From positions 751-64,750 of the forward strand of contig JAIPCU010000001.1 in the NCBI GenBank assembly GCA_021738045.1: 64,000 bases of DNA, read 5' to 3'. A program made the position numbers and the translations under genes. Source of the DNA: Candidatus Methylopumilus sp. (GTDB lineage Bacteria > Pseudomonadota > Gammaproteobacteria > Burkholderiales > Burkholderiaceae_B). Positions 50,667-62,604 of the stretch are shown piece after piece (the first letter of the stretch is position 1; every line of letters begins with the position of its first letter). The notes beneath the pieces are model-generated. The model saw nothing but the letters and a program-made list of their open reading frames with translations, was not told the origin of the DNA and searched no databases.

Positions 50667-51518
50667 ATGACTCTGGATTTTTCTCGTGTTCGCTTCATCA
50701 TGACCGAGCCCAGCCACCCCGGAAACGTCGGTTCGGCGGCCCGTGCGATCAAGACCATGGGCTTTGACGAACTGGTGCTGGTTGCCCCAAAAATACCCGA
50801 CATCACGCTTGAGCCTGACGCGAAAGCGCTAGCCAGTGGTGCCTCAGATGTTCTAGAACGCGCCCAAACCTATCCCACCCTTAGCCAAGCGCTTGAGCCT
50901 GTCACACTATCTTTTGCCTTAACCGCCCGTGCCCGAGACCTGGGGCCTCCTGTGTGCGATATCCGGCAGGCCGCGCAACTGGCACGCGAGCACCTGCGCG
51001 AGCATCCTCAGGGGCGTATCGCCCTTGTGGTGGGCACTGAGCGCTCAGGCCTGACCAACGAGCAGGTCAGTTTATGCCACCGGGCCTGTACCATCCCTGC
51101 CAACCCTTTGTATAGCTCTTTAAACGTCGCCCAAGCCATGCAGTTAGGCGCTTTTGAGATGCGCTACGCCTTGCTCGGCTTTGAGGCAGGTCAATCGGTA
51201 TCGCCGCTTAGCCGGGCAAAGGTCATGGCGCTCGCGGCTGATCCCAATAATGCATTGGATATCAATGCCTTGCCTGAACCATCTAAACCCTCAGGCAGCC
51301 GCCCTGCCAGTAGCCAGACACTACAAGCCTTATTGGCGCACTGGCAAGAGGCCTTAATCGCGGTTGAATTTTTAAACCCGGCACACCCCAAGAAATTGAT
51401 GCCGCGCATGCAGCACTTTTTTAATCGCAATGACCTGACCGTTGACGAGGTTGATATGTGGCGAGGCGTATGTACCGCGATGATTGACACCGCTCGCCGC
51501 GCGAAACCCCCTTCGTGA
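50667..51518 (+). CDS. trmJ: tRNA 2'-O-methyltransferase TrmJ (SPOUT)
   Basis: PSHPGNVGSAARAIKTMG, GTERSGL.NE and YSSLNVAQA motifs. Confidence 0.9.
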   Translation: MTLDFSRVRFIMTEPSHPGNVGSAARAIKTMGFDELVLVAPKIPDITLEPDAKALASGASDVLERAQTYPTLSQALEPVTLSFALTARARDLGPPVCDIRQAAQLAREHLREHPQGRIALVVGTERSGLTNEQVSLCHRACTIPANPLYSSLNVAQAMQLGAFEMRYALLGFEAGQSVSPLSRAKVMALAADPNNALDINALPEPSKPSGSRPASSQTLQALLAHWQEALIAVEFLNPAHPKKLMPRMQHFFNRNDLTVDEVDMWRGVCTAMIDTARRAKPPS

Positions 51519-51565
51519 TCCGGTTAATCACCGCCCGCAGTCATCTTTGATCTACCATCGTCTTT

Positions 51566-52579
51566 ATGCTGAACAAACTTCGCGAAACTATTGCCTGTAT
51601 CCTCGAGCGTGACCCAGCGGCTCGCAGCAAGCTCGAGGTCATCACGTGTTATCCAGGCTTTCATGCCATGGTGGTCCACGGCGTTGCGCATCGGCTTTGG
51701 GTGGCCCAATGGTTTTGGTTGGGGCGCTTTATTTCGCACTTGGGTCGGATCCTGACTGGCATCGAAATTCACCCTGGCGCCACGATTGGTCGCCGTGTCT
51801 TTATTGATCACGGGTTCGGCGTGGTAATTGGCGAAACCGCCGAAATCGGCGACGACTGCACCATCTATCAGGGCGTCACCTTGGGCGGGACTCGGCTCTA
51901 CAAAGGCGCCAAGCGCCATCCAACCCTGGGTAAGGGGGTTGTGGTCGGTGCGGGAGCACAAGTGTTGGGTGGATTCACTGTTGGCGACGGCGCGCGCATT
52001 GGATCGAACGCAGTGGTCGTCAAGCCTGTCCCTGCTGGGGCGACCGCGGTGGGCAACCCTGCGCGTTTGATTGAAGCCGCCCCTCAGACAACAGACGCCA
52101 CAGCGGCTCACGTGCAAGAGCCGGTTGCACAGAGCGCTCAGGGCACGCATTCTGTTCAGACCACTCACAATGCTCAGACGATGCACGTCGCTTCGGCGAC
52201 GAACACGGCTCAGACTACCCAAACTGCTGAGGACAGGCACTCAGGTGAAAAGCAGAGCATTTCAACCCCGCTATCGCCCTGCGATGCGGATTGGGATGCG
52301 GCACCACTGAAAGCCTTACTCGACAAAGGGGCGCCCGCCTCAGGCTCGCCCGCGTCAGCTGACTCGGCAAGCGAGTCAGCCGGGTTCACCGCCTACGCGG
52401 TTGACCCAGGCGCTGGTGACCCGCTAGTCAAAGTGTTGCATGAGCTCATTAACCACGCCGCGGCGCAAGATGCGCGTATTGCGCAACTTTGCCAAACCAT
52501 CGAAGCGATGGGCTCGCAAGTCAAGGGGCAAACTGCACCCCTTGATGCTCAGCGTTTAAATAAACTCGTTGACGAGTAA
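51566..52579 (+). CDS. cysE: Serine O-acetyltransferase
   Basis: [26 protein letters not shown] and VGNPAR motifs; low-complexity insert in the C-terminal half. Confidence 0.94.
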   Translation: MLNKLRETIACILERDPAARSKLEVITCYPGFHAMVVHGVAHRLWVAQWFWLGRFISHLGRILTGIEIHPGATIGRRVFIDHGFGVVIGETAEIGDDCTIYQGVTLGGTRLYKGAKRHPTLGKGVVVGAGAQVLGGFTVGDGARIGSNAVVVKPVPAGATAVGNPARLIEAAPQTTDATAAHVQEPVAQSAQGTHSVQTTHNAQTMHVASATNTAQTTQTAEDRHSGEKQSISTPLSPCDADWDAAPLKALLDKGAPASGSPASADSASESAGFTAYAVDPGAGDPLVKVLHELINHAAAQDARIAQLCQTIEAMGSQVKGQTAPLDAQRLNKLVDE

Positions 52580-52595
52580 AGCGCTCGACGCGTGG

Positions 52596-53588
52596 TTACT
52601 CGGCCTTAGCGCCAGCGCTTTTTACGACCACGCCCCAGCTCTCGGTTTGTGACTTAAGAAACTGATCAAATTGTTCGACCGTACCTGAACCGTTCGTTGC
52701 ACCCAAGTCGTCTAAGCGCTTTTGAACATCGGGCTTAGCCAAGACTTTATTCATTGCGACGTTAAGCTTGGCAATGATCTCTTTTGGCGTGCCCGCAGGT
52801 GCTGCTAAGCCAAACCACGAAGATACGTCAAAGCCCGGAAAACCAGATTCTTGCATCGTGGGGACATCAGGCGCAGCGGGCGAACGCTTAGGCGAGGTAA
52901 TCGCTAACGCACGCAATTTACCTGCTTGCACCAAAGGCCAAGCCGTTGGCATATTGTCAAACATCATCTGCACTTGCCCACCCATTAAGTCAGTCAATGC
53001 AGGCGTGCTGCCCTTGTAGGGAATATGCGGAATATCGAGCTTGGTTGTCAGCTTGAACAACTCACCCGTCATGTGGATCGAGGTACCTGCGCCCGATGAG
53101 GCAAAATTCAAAGCGCCTGGGTTTTTCTTGGCGTACGCGATCAACTCTTGAACGCTATTGACCGGCACTTTGGGATTAATCACAAGCATGTTCGGCACCT
53201 TGGCGGCCAGGCCGATGGGGCTAAAGTCTTTGATCACATCAAATTTCAAATTCGAATACAGCGTGTGATTGATCGCATTGGTGACCGCCATCATGAATAA
53301 GGTGTAGCCATCGGGCGCTGCGCGCACGACTAACTCGGCCGCGATATTGCTGCCTGCACCCGGTTTGTTTTCAACGACAAAACTTTGACCTAAGTCTTCG
53401 GTCATGTCCTTAGCGAGGATACGGGCGAGCACGTCTGTCGAACCGCCTGCCGAGAAGCCGACCACGATGCGTACGGGTTTGGTCGGGTACGGGGTTTGCG
53501 CTTGCGCCGAACTTGACATCATCCCAAAAGGGGCGAGCAAACTACAGGCTAACAGCGCAACAGAACGTGCAGATTTAAATAGCTTCAT
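52596..53588 (-). CDS. Bug/TctC substrate-binding protein
   Basis: YPTKPVRIVVGFSAGGSTD, ENKPGAG and PDVPTMQESG motifs; AGGAG RBS before 53588. Confidence 0.92.
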   Translation of the reverse strand: MKLFKSARSVALLACSLLAPFGMMSSSAQAQTPYPTKPVRIVVGFSAGGSTDVLARILAKDMTEDLGQSFVVENKPGAGSNIAAELVVRAAPDGYTLFMMAVTNAINHTLYSNLKFDVIKDFSPIGLAAKVPNMLVINPKVPVNSVQELIAYAKKNPGALNFASSGAGTSIHMTGELFKLTTKLDIPHIPYKGSTPALTDLMGGQVQMMFDNMPTAWPLVQAGKLRALAITSPKRSPAAPDVPTMQESGFPGFDVSSWFGLAAPAGTPKEIIAKLNVAMNKVLAKPDVQKRLDDLGATNGSGTVEQFDQFLKSQTESWGVVVKSAGAKAE

Positions 53589-53844
53589 GGCGGGGCTCCT
53601 ATCTATCGGTGTATTCAACTTGCGAATTATAGGTGGTGCACGCGTGGTGCTTGGTTTTTTCACCTCGAATGATCAATTCTCACAAAATCCAAAGCCAGAA
53701 TAACGCCCAGCTGCCCATATCCGCCGAGCCTGATCGGACAAACTTGTCACTACTCCCCTGCAGGAGCCAAAAAAGCAATGTCATACTCGGTTACAGGTCG
53801 CATCGCCCTAAGCCAAGCGACATCGCCCGCCGCAATCACAAAGC

Positions 53845-53880
53845 TTGACTTCACTACTGGGTGCGTATAAAATTTTATAC
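53845..53880 (+). promoter_or_regulatory. Toxin-antitoxin promoter with overlapping palindromic operator
   Basis: TTGACT-N17-TAAAAT; perfect palindrome GTATAAAATTTTATAC at 53865-53880. Confidence 0.7.
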
Positions 53881-53890
53881 AAGGTTTGTA

Positions 53891-54235
53891 ATGAGTTTCG
53901 AAAAAGACATTCGCTGGTTAGGATCAAGTTACAGCGATCTACTAGCATTTCCAGATGAAGCACGGCGAGTTGCTGGATTTCAGTTAAGCAAGATTCAATT
54001 TGGTTTAGATCCAGACGACTGGAAACCTTTTGATGTTGTTGGTGCGGGTACTAAAGAAATTCGCCTACGTGAAAGTGGTGGTAGCTATCGTGTGATGTAC
54101 GTTGCCAAATTTGAAGATGCAATCTACGTCTTGCATTGCTTTCAAAAGAAGACTCAGACAACCAATAAGCAGGACAAAGATATTACCGAGGCACGCTATC
54201 GTGCCGTAGTCAACGCGAGACAGTCAAAAATATGA
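53891..54235 (+). CDS. RelE/HigB-like toxin
   Basis: PDDWKP, GTKEIR, YRVMYVAKF and YVLHCFQKKT motifs; toxin-first gene order. Confidence 0.88.
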   Translation: MSFEKDIRWLGSSYSDLLAFPDEARRVAGFQLSKIQFGLDPDDWKPFDVVGAGTKEIRLRESGGSYRVMYVAKFEDAIYVLHCFQKKTQTTNKQDKDITEARYRAVVNARQSKI

Positions 54236-54564
54236 AAATCGACACAGAGATCCAACACGTCACGAAGTCTGGTGCGAACCTCTTTTTGGAACTTGGCTTT
54301 ACGCCAGCTGAAGCCAAACGTTTGCAGGCGGCGTCTCGCAAACAGATCAATGACACCCAGCTTCTAAAGCAACAACTGATGGCCGAGCTATCTGTCTGGA
54401 TTAGCGAACATCACCTCAAACAAGCCGAAGCCGCCGAGATTCTTATGGTTTCGCGCCCGCGCGTGTCAGACGTGGTGAACAGCAAAACAGGCAAGTTCAC
54501 CATCGACACCTTAGTTGAGATGCTCAGTCGTATCGGCAAACCGGTCAAGCTAGCTGTGGGCTGA
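54232..54564 (+). CDS. XRE helix-turn-helix antitoxin (HigA-like)
   Basis: NLFLELGF, LKQAEAAEIL.VSRPRVSD and KFTIDTL motifs; 4-bp overlap with the toxin. Confidence 0.88.
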   Translation: MKIDTEIQHVTKSGANLFLELGFTPAEAKRLQAASRKQINDTQLLKQQLMAELSVWISEHHLKQAEAAEILMVSRPRVSDVVNSKTGKFTIDTLVEMLSRIGKPVKLAVG

Positions 54565-54615
54565 TACCTGCATGATGTTTCTTTAACTACAAAAAAATTT
54601 CAATGGACATCACAT

Positions 54616-57282
54616 TTGACTCTGCCTGAAAAAGAACTAACCGAACACACTCCGATGATGCAGCAATATCTGCGTCTTAAAGCTGAGGCGGGGCCGTTGC
54701 TGCTGCTTTACCGCATGGGTGACTTCTATGAGATGTTTTATGAAGACGCTGAGCGCGGTGCAAAGCTGTTAGGTTTAACGCTGACGCGGCGCGGCTCATC
54801 AAATGGGGTTCCGATCCCGATGGCGGGGCTGCCTTACCACGCAGCCGAGCAATACTTGGCTAAGCTCGTGGCGCAGGGTGTCTCGGTGGCTATTTGCGAG
54901 CAAATCGGCGACCCTGCCACAAGCAAGGGCCCAGTCGATCGCAAAATCGTGCGCATTGTTACGCCAGGCACGCTCACTGATGAAGCCTTGCTGCCCTCAA
55001 AAGCCGATCGCTGCGTGGCCGCCGTGTTTGTGCCGCGCAAAGGTCATAAAGCGCAACGTGCTGGCGTAGCCTGGCTGAACTTAGCAAGTGGCGAGTTCAA
55101 ACTGTCTGAGTGCGCCGCTGAAGCGCTTGATTCTGAACTACATCGCATTGATCCGGCTGAAATCATTTTTGCTGACGATGCTCAGCTTGATCTGACGCTA
55201 CATTGTGCCGCGACCAAGATACCGCCTTGGCATTTTGAGGCCGAGCAGGCGCAGGCACATTTGCTGGCGCACTTTAAAACTGAATCGCTTTCGGGCTTTG
55301 ATGTGGATGACCTACCTACCGCGCTATGCGCTGCGGGTGCGTTGTTGCGTTATGCCGGGCGTACTCAGGCACATGCGCTATCGCATGTGCAGACCTTGGC
55401 GGCCGATCGAGCTAGCCAGTATGTATTGATGGATCCGGCAACGCGTCGCAATCTTGAGTTAACTCGCACCCTTTCTGGCGAAGAGGCACCAACGTTATTT
55501 TCGATTTTGGATAACTGTTGCACGCCGATGGGAAGCCGCTTATTGCGTCGGTGGTTGCATCACCCCTTGCGTGACAACGCGCCGGTGCTTGAGCGCCAGC
55601 AGGCGATTGGCAGTTTGATGACGGCTAGCGCACAGCACAGCGCCTTGCTTCATGCGACGCCACTATTACAAGCCCTGCGCACTGAACTCAATAAGCTCCC
55701 CGATCTTGAACGTATCGCTACGCGTATCGCGCTGCTGTCGGTGCGCCCGCGCGAGCTTGCGAGTTTGCGTGATGCCTTAGGTGCCTTGCCGGCGCTGCAG
55801 CAACAAGTACTTTCGGCCCTCGTGCCGTCGCAGTCGTCTGAACCTTTAGCAACTTCGACGCCGCGCTTGCAAGCTCTCGCACAAGCACTCACCCCACCTG
55901 AAGGCTTGCAAGAACTATTAACACACGCCATCGCGTTAGAGCCAGCCGCCCTAGCGCGCGATGGCGGTGTGATCGCCACGGGCTTTGACGCCGAGCTTGA
56001 TGAGTTACGCGCCATCTCAACTGACAACGGCGCCTTTTTACTTGAGCTTGAAGCGCGCGAACGCGCTCGCACTGGCATCGCCACGCTGCGTGTTGAATTT
56101 AATCGAGTACACGGATTTTTTATTGAAGTCAGCCGCGCGCAGTCTGAAAAAGTGCCTGACGATTATCGTCGGCGCCAGACACTTAAAAACGCCGAGCGCT
56201 ACATCACCCCAGAACTCAAATCCTGGGAAGATAAAGTCTTATCTGCACAAGACCGTTCACTTGCCCGCGAAAAGTGGCTGTTTGAGCAACTGCTTGAACA
56301 ACTCACTGCGCAAGTCAAACAACTAGCACAGTGCGCAATAGCCTGCGCTGAGCTTGACGCCTTAGTCTCACTGGCACACCACGCCCAGCACCATCAATGG
56401 GTGGCGCCAACACTGTTAGATCACTCGGCCATTGAGATCACTTTAGGCCGTCATCCAGTCGTTGAACGCGCGATCGAGCGTTTTACGCCGAATAGTTGTT
56501 CGTTAAATGCGCACCGTGCTTTATTGGTGATTACGGGCCCGAACATGGGCGGTAAATCAACCTACATGCGACAGGTTGCGCTCATCGCTTTATTGGCGCG
56601 CGTAGGCAGCTTTGTGCCAGCGCAAAGCGCAGCGATTGGTCCACTTGATCGGATCTTTACACGTATTGGCGCAGCCGATGATTTAGCCGGCGGGCGCTCG
56701 ACCTTCATGATGGAGATGATTGAAGCGGCTGCTATTTTGGCTTCGAGTTCGGCACAAAGTTTAGTGTTGATGGATGAGATTGGACGCGGTACATCCACCT
56801 ATGATGGCTTGGCGCTGGCCTGGTCGATTGCGCAACGCTTGGTCACACATAACCGCGCACTGACGTTATTTGCGACCCATTATTTTGAAATCACCCGAAT
56901 GCCTAGCGAGCAAGCAAATACCGCAAACGTGCATCTTGCAGCAGCTGAGTCTCCCTCGGGTATTGTGTTTTTACATGAAGTGAAAGACGGGCCTGCCAGC
57001 CGCAGCTACGGGATCCAAGTGGCGCAACGCGCGGGTATCCCGCAGGCGGTGATTCGTCATGCCACCCGCGAGCTTGAACGACTTGAGGCACAAGGCGCAC
57101 CGACCCCACAGCTAGGATTGTTTGGTGAAGTGGTGGATGCCGAGGCGCAAGCTGCTGCCGCATCGGAAATCAGCGAAGCGCAAGAGGCGTTACAACAAAC
57201 CTTAGCCGCACTTGACCCCGATACTTTAAGCCCGCGCGAAGCACTTGAGGCGTTGTATCAACTTAAAAAACTGCAACTTTGA
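54616..57282 (+). CDS. mutS: DNA mismatch repair protein MutS
   Basis: [35 protein letters not shown] and ATHY motifs. Confidence 0.98.
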   Translation: MTLPEKELTEHTPMMQQYLRLKAEAGPLLLLYRMGDFYEMFYEDAERGAKLLGLTLTRRGSSNGVPIPMAGLPYHAAEQYLAKLVAQGVSVAICEQIGDPATSKGPVDRKIVRIVTPGTLTDEALLPSKADRCVAAVFVPRKGHKAQRAGVAWLNLASGEFKLSECAAEALDSELHRIDPAEIIFADDAQLDLTLHCAATKIPPWHFEAEQAQAHLLAHFKTESLSGFDVDDLPTALCAAGALLRYAGRTQAHALSHVQTLAADRASQYVLMDPATRRNLELTRTLSGEEAPTLFSILDNCCTPMGSRLLRRWLHHPLRDNAPVLERQQAIGSLMTASAQHSALLHATPLLQALRTELNKLPDLERIATRIALLSVRPRELASLRDALGALPALQQQVLSALVPSQSSEPLATSTPRLQALAQALTPPEGLQELLTHAIALEPAALARDGGVIATGFDAELDELRAISTDNGAFLLELEARERARTGIATLRVEFNRVHGFFIEVSRAQSEKVPDDYRRRQTLKNAERYITPELKSWEDKVLSAQDRSLAREKWLFEQLLEQLTAQVKQLAQCAIACAELDALVSLAHHAQHHQWVAPTLLDHSAIEITLGRHPVVERAIERFTPNSCSLNAHRALLVITGPNMGGKSTYMRQVALIALLARVGSFVPAQSAAIGPLDRIFTRIGAADDLAGGRSTFMMEMIEAAAILASSSAQSLVLMDEIGRGTSTYDGLALAWSIAQRLVTHNRALTLFATHYFEITRMPSEQANTANVHLAAAESPSGIVFLHEVKDGPASRSYGIQVAQRAGIPQAVIRHATRELERLEAQGAPTPQLGLFGEVVDAEAQAAAASEISEAQEALQQTLAALDPDTLSPREALEALYQLKKLQL

Positions 57283-57366
57283 TTCGCTTCGTATTCAATT
57301 TACGCTACGTACCTATCTTGCGCAGATACGAACGGCAGACAACGCACTGAGAACAGGCTAAACATA

Positions 57367-58602
57367 ATGAATCCAAATAAACCTCTTGCCTTGCTTGGCG
57401 GTTTGACCCCCACCCAGTTCATGAAAACCTACTGGCAGCGCAAGCCGCTAGTGATTCGGCAGGCGTTTGCCAGTTTCAAGCCACCCGTTTCTACTGTAGC
57501 CCTCAAAAAAATGAGTCGCCGTGACGATGTCGAGTCGCGCTTAGTGTGGCGCGAGAAAGGTCAATGGCAAATGGATCGCGGTCCCTTCGCGCGTTTACCA
57601 AAGGCTTCAGAGCCTGACTGGTCACTGTTGGTGCAAAGCGTCGATATCCAAGACGACGCAGCCTGTGCCTTAATGAATCAGTTTCGCTTTGTGCCCGATG
57701 CACGCCTAGATGACTTGATGATTAGTCTGGCGACAATAGGTGGTGGTGTTGGGCCACACTTTGATAGCTACGATGTCTTTTTATTGCAAGGCCAAGGTCG
57801 CCGGCGTTGGCAGATCAGTCAGCAACGCGATCTCACACTGATCCCTGACCTGTCACTCAAAATTTTAAAAAACTTTATCCCTGAAGAAGAGTTTGTTTTA
57901 GAGCCTGGCGATATGCTATACCTGCCGCCACAAGCGGCGCACGATGGTGTGGCGCTTGATAATGATTGCATGACGATTTCAATTGGTTTTCGGGCACCCG
58001 ATCAAGCCGCCTTGGCCCGCGGCATGCTCGAAGCCGCTGCGGATCAAATCGTGGCACGCGCTGGGCTTGCTAGCGGCCCCTTTGGCGAGCCCCCCTTGCC
58101 CGGCCCAAAGCTTGATGCGTTGTATCGCGACGCAGGGCAAGAAGCCAGCGCACACCCCGCTGAGATCCCCGATGGTTTGATTGACGCCGCGGTGCAAGCG
58201 GTGTCTAAAATCCAATTTAATGCAGCACTGGCACAGCGATTTTTAGGATGCTGGCTGACTGAGCCAAATCAGGCTGCGGTGTTTGATAGCAATTATGGTG
58301 ATGACGACGATGATCGCGATATGATGCACGATGGCGAGTCTGACAATGAGGCCATGCAAGGTCAAGAAGCACCATACACACACTGGGCGCTCGACCGCCG
58401 CACCCGCATGTTGTATCGCGGCAAGCACTTGTTCATTAACGGCGAGGTCGCGCCTGTTGCCGCTGAAGCAGGCCTAAAAATTTTGGCCGACGCCCGCGAA
58501 CTATCGGGCGCTGACCCAGCCGCACAAAAACTCACGCCTGAAGCGGTCGATACACTCACCGAATGGCTGGAGGCTGGGTGGATTCATTTGGTGCGCAGGT
58601 AG
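57367..58602 (+). CDS. roxA: JmjC/cupin oxygenase (RoxA/YcfD-like ribosomal protein L16 hydroxylase)
   Basis: RLDDLMIS, GGVGPHFDSYDVFLLQ, LEPGDMLYLPP..AHDG and SIGFRAP motifs. Confidence 0.82.
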   Translation: MNPNKPLALLGGLTPTQFMKTYWQRKPLVIRQAFASFKPPVSTVALKKMSRRDDVESRLVWREKGQWQMDRGPFARLPKASEPDWSLLVQSVDIQDDAACALMNQFRFVPDARLDDLMISLATIGGGVGPHFDSYDVFLLQGQGRRRWQISQQRDLTLIPDLSLKILKNFIPEEEFVLEPGDMLYLPPQAAHDGVALDNDCMTISIGFRAPDQAALARGMLEAAADQIVARAGLASGPFGEPPLPGPKLDALYRDAGQEASAHPAEIPDGLIDAAVQAVSKIQFNAALAQRFLGCWLTEPNQAAVFDSNYGDDDDDRDMMHDGESDNEAMQGQEAPYTHWALDRRTRMLYRGKHLFINGEVAPVAAEAGLKILADARELSGADPAAQKLTPEAVDTLTEWLEAGWIHLVRR

Positions 58603-58720
58603 TCTCGTTTTAAGATCTTTAACAAGCTGGCGGGCAACACCTCGACCGCCGATTTTGAATAAATCTTGTTCTAATCGAGACAAAATGAAACAACGCAAAC
58701 TATTAGCTTGATGTGCTAAC

Positions 58721-59347
58721 TCACTTCGCCGTCAAGCATCCTGCTTTCTCAATAAATTTAATCACCTCATCCAGGCCGTCGCCGGTTTTGAGGTTGGTCA
58801 TTACCCAAGGGCGATCGGCGCGCATGCGGGCGGTGTCGTGGCGCATGACGTCGAGGTTGGCACCCACGTAGGGTGCCAAATCTGTTTTGTTAATCACTAA
58901 CAAGTCACTACGTGTAATGCCGGGGCCGCCTTTGCGGGGGATTTTTTCACCACCGGCCACATCAATCACATAAATTGTGAGATCGGATAAATCAGGACTA
59001 AAGGTTGCAGCCAAGTTATCACCACCTGATTCAATAAAGATCAAATCTAAATCAGGAAACCGTTTTTGCATGCGATCAATCGCTTCAAGATTAATTGAAG
59101 CATCTTCACGAATCGCAGTGTGCGGGCAACCACCGGTTTCGACACCCATGATGCGATCAGCGGTGAGTGCTTCTGCGGCCACCAATAAGCGTTCGTCTTC
59201 TTTAGTGTAGATGTCATTCGTGACCACAGCCAGTTTGTATTGGTCGCGCATGCGTTTGCATAAGACTTCAACAAGCGTGGTTTTGCCCGAGCCAACGGGG
59301 CCACCGATACCAACGCGCAAGGGATTTGTTTGGGTAGAAGCGTTCAT
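58721..59347 (-). CDS. ureG: Urease accessory GTPase
   Basis: [23 protein letters not shown] and NKTD motifs. Confidence 0.97.
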   Translation of the reverse strand: MNASTQTNPLRVGIGGPVGSGKTTLVEVLCKRMRDQYKLAVVTNDIYTKEDERLLVAAEALTADRIMGVETGGCPHTAIREDASINLEAIDRMQKRFPDLDLIFIESGGDNLAATFSPDLSDLTIYVIDVAGGEKIPRKGGPGITRSDLLVINKTDLAPYVGANLDVMRHDTARMRADRPWVMTNLKTGDGLDEVIKFIEKAGCLTAK

Positions 59348-59495
59348 GGTGCAATCCTAGATTAATAACCGCTAAAAAAATAATTTGGAACAAGATCGAC
59401 TTTTCTGTTGACTGGAGTATTCAGATTTAATCTTTAGAACGGATGCCGAGAGTCGCCATCGCATCAGAATCAAAGATCAATTTTTTACCACTGCG

Positions 59496-60236
59496 TTAAC
59501 TTCTAAATAAACGACTGTATTGCGATTCATGCCTGGCGCTTGCCAGGGCCAGGCCAAAGGCTGCCGAGCCTACGTGAGCGGGGTCGATTGACCGGGCAAT
59601 CTCAGTGGCGCGCTCGACGTCGCCTTTCAAGCGATGCAGCAACGTCTGACCATCAATTTGCCCCAACGGAATAATTTTGACCGCTGCGAGCGCTTGGTTT
59701 TCGACCCAACTCCATAGATAGGCGGCAAGTGCCATGTCCTCATCTATCCCAGAAATCGCCGCTAACGCAGCATACGAGGCAGGGTAAGTCCATTGTTCGA
59801 TCGACAGTGTATTAAGCGCTGCCCCTTGAGGCCACTGCGCAAACAGCTTAGTCATCGAATGCCCCATCTGCACAGACTCAAGCCTGAACTCAGCAGTTTC
59901 GCGCAAGGCATACAGCTCTTGATTGGCCACGACTAAGGCGGGCCAATCCTGTTGCACCACCGCACGATGGCACGCTAGCCACAGGGGCAGCTCTTGGCGA
60001 GCAAGATTCAAAAGTAATACGTCACGAATCCAAACATAGGCTTGCTCAACTTGAGTCACCCACCGATCTTCGATCGCTTGTTCTAAGCCTTGCGAGTAGG
60101 CAAAGCCACCGATAGGTAAGGCGGGGCTTGCCAGATGTAGCGCAGCTAATAACGATTGGATTTGTGTCAGCGCAGGGCTGCTGGGTGGCGCAGACTGCTC
60201 TGGCTCAGGAGCATTGGCTAGCTGCAGCGGTGTCAT
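59496..60236 (-). CDS. ureF: Urease accessory protein F
   Basis: SPALPIGGFAYSQGLE and HESQYSRLFRS motifs; probable start MTPLQ at 60236. Confidence 0.95.
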   Translation of the reverse strand: MTPLQLANAPEPEQSAPPSSPALTQIQSLLAALHLASPALPIGGFAYSQGLEQAIEDRWVTQVEQAYVWIRDVLLLNLARQELPLWLACHRAVVQQDWPALVVANQELYALRETAEFRLESVQMGHSMTKLFAQWPQGAALNTLSIEQWTYPASYAALAAISGIDEDMALAAYLWSWVENQALAAVKIIPLGQIDGQTLLHRLKGDVERATEIARSIDPAHVGSAAFGLALASARHESQYSRLFRS

Positions 60237-60240
60237 CTGC

Positions 60241-60822
60241 TCACGACTTTGCGCGCGCATGCGCCGCAATTGAGAGTTCTTCGCCAAGATTACCCATGGC
60301 TTGATCATGTTCTTCAACACCACACTCGCTCGCATGGTGATGGTGGTGATGCCCGCCGCCCTGCCCTGCAGCGTAAGCACCACCCTCAGGGATAAAAGCC
60401 TGCTGCACCACCGTTACCGTGCCGCCCAAGCGCCGCACCATGTCAGCAAGTACAGGATCAGGTTGGATCCACACGGCTTCGGTTGACAGCATTGCTCGCA
60501 CGTGGCGATTGGCCAGGTGATAAACAATACGCATCAACTCAAACGGACTACTAGCCTGAATACAAAAGAGCTCTTCAACTGCGGCTTGCACCATCACACG
60601 CTCACCTTGATCGCCGCACAAGACATCACCATGCTGCATATGTTCAGTACGTGGCAAGATCACGGCCACCGCACGGCCATTGGGCAACATCGCTGCCAAA
60701 CGCCAACGCTGTCGATCTTCTAGCGTGAGTTCAAGCACGGGCCAGGGCTCTGGCCAAGCCGAGCTGTCGTTACGCAACTGTGGGTCATCGTGTGCGCGGC
60801 GCGCATTCAACATGATTGCCAT
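60241..60822 (-). CDS. ureE: Urease nickel chaperone
   Basis: YHLANRH, PEGGAY and a poly-His tract; GAGG RBS before 60822. Confidence 0.93.
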   Translation of the reverse strand: MAIMLNARRAHDDPQLRNDSSAWPEPWPVLELTLEDRQRWRLAAMLPNGRAVAVILPRTEHMQHGDVLCGDQGERVMVQAAVEELFCIQASSPFELMRIVYHLANRHVRAMLSTEAVWIQPDPVLADMVRRLGGTVTVVQQAFIPEGGAYAAGQGGGHHHHHHASECGVEEHDQAMGNLGEELSIAAHARAKS

Positions 60823-60891
60823 GCTATGCCTCAACCAATAACAAAGATCGCCTTGCGTTTTGCACTGTCAACATAATCGCCCCCGTTCAAC

Positions 60892-62604
60892 CTAAAACAA
60901 AAAGTAGCGTTGCGCCATCGGCAAAATCTTGGCTGGCGGGCAATCGAGTAGGACGCCATCCGCATAGACCTTGTAATTTTCAGGGCTTACCGTGATTTTG
61001 GGCGTTGCCGCGTTGAGCTTCATATCCGCCTTAGTCAAACTGCGAATGCCCTGCACTGCGGCCACATGACGCTTTAAGCCCAATTCAGCTGGCAAACCTT
61101 TGTGGATGGCAATGCCTGACATAAAGGTAATGCAACTGGTCGCAATCGCACTTTGCGCAGCACCAAACTGTGGTCTGAAATGCACGGGTTGCGGTGTGGG
61201 GATCGACGCATTCGGATCACCCATCAAAGCCATTGCAATCTGCCCACCCTTAATGACGGTAGAGGGTTTGACGCCAAAAAATGCTGGGCGCCACAACACT
61301 AGGTCGGCGAACTTACCCACCTCAATTGAACCGACCTCTTTATCCATACCGTGCGTAATCGCGGGGTTGATCGTGTACTTGGCGATGTAACGTTTGATGC
61401 GTGCGTTGTCGCTGGTTGACGGATCCGAGAAACCCGCCTCGCTCATTGAGCCACGTTGCTCACGCATTTTGTGTGCGGTCTGCCACGTTCGCATAATCAC
61501 TTCGCCCACGCGCCCCATTGCCTGGCTGTCTGACGAGATCATCGAAAACGCGCCGATGTCATGCAAAATATCTTCAGCGGCAATGGTCTCACGACGGATA
61601 CGACTTTCAGCAAACGCAATGTCTTCGGCAATCGATGCATCAAGGTGATGGCACACCATCAACATATCAAGATGCTCATCGAGCGTGTTAATCGTGAACG
61701 GCCGCGTCGGGTTGGTCGATGAGGGCAATACATTTGCTTCACCACAAATGCGGATGATGTCAGGCGCATGACCACCCCCTGCACCCTCGGTGTGATAAGT
61801 GTGAATCACACGCCCTTTGATCGCATCAATCGTTGCCTCGACAAAACCTGATTCGTTCAACGTGTCGGTGTGAATCGCCACTTGCGTATCAGTTTCGTCA
61901 GCCACACTTAAGCAGTTATCGATGGCAGCTGGCGTGCTGCCCCAATCTTCGTGCAACTTCAAGCCGACGGCACCCGCTTCAATCTGCTCGTGTAAAGGGA
62001 CCGGCACCGATACGTTGCCCTTGCCTAACAAACCGATATTGATCGGGTAAGATTCCATCGCTTGCAGCATGCGCGCCAAGTGCCAGGGGCCTGGTGTGAC
62101 GGTGGTAGCAAATGTGCCAGTCGCTGGGCCTGTGCCGCCACCAATCATGGTGGTCACACCAGAGCTCAAGGCCTCTTCGATTTGTTGCGGGCAAATCAAA
62201 TGGATATGGCTATCAATACCGCCTGCAGTCACGATCATGCCTTCGGCTGCGATCACTTCAGTAGCGGGCCCCACCACAATGGTGATGCCCGGTTGGATAT
62301 CTGGATTACCAGCTTTACCGATGCCCGAGATGCGACCATTTTTAATCCCAATATCAGCCTTGACGATACCCCAGTAGTCGATGATCAACGCATTGGTCAA
62401 CACGGTATCCACGCAATCTTTACTCATGCGTTGCGATTGCCCCATGCCATCACGAATCACCTTACCGCCACCAAACTTCACCTCTTCGCCATAAATGGTG
62501 AAATCTTTTTCAACCATCGCAAACAAGGCCGTATCGGCTAAGCGAATTCGATCACCCGTGGTGGGGCCATACATCTCAGCGTACGCTTGTCTTGAAATCT
62601 TCAT
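60892..62604 (-). CDS. ureC: Urease alpha subunit
   Basis: [26 protein letters not shown] and MVCHHL motifs. Confidence 0.98.
   Translation of the reverse strand: MKISRQAYAEMYGPTTGDRIRLADTALFAMVEKDFTIYGEEVKFGGGKVIRDGMGQSQRMSKDCVDTVLTNALIIDYWGIVKADIGIKNGRISGIGKAGNPDIQPGITIVVGPATEVIAAEGMIVTAGGIDSHIHLICPQQIEEALSSGVTTMIGGGTGPATGTFATTVTPGPWHLARMLQAMESYPINIGLLGKGNVSVPVPLHEQIEAGAVGLKLHEDWGSTPAAIDNCLSVADETDTQVAIHTDTLNESGFVEATIDAIKGRVIHTYHTEGAGGGHAPDIIRICGEANVLPSSTNPTRPFTINTLDEHLDMLMVCHHLDASIAEDIAFAESRIRRETIAAEDILHDIGAFSMISSDSQAMGRVGEVIMRTWQTAHKMREQRGSMSEAGFSDPSTSDNARIKRYIAKYTINPAITHGMDKEVGSIEVGKFADLVLWRPAFFGVKPSTVIKGGQIAMALMGDPNASIPTPQPVHFRPQFGAAQSAIATSCITFMSGIAIHKGLPAELGLKRHVAAVQGIRSLTKADMKLNAATPKITVSPENYKVYADGVLLDCPPAKILPMAQRYFLF

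Noticed and set aside
51524-52240. Long antisense ORFs (this one over cysE; also 40127-40813 over lysC)
   Set aside because: They lie opposite well-conserved genes and have no recognisable motifs, consistent with codon-bias shadows
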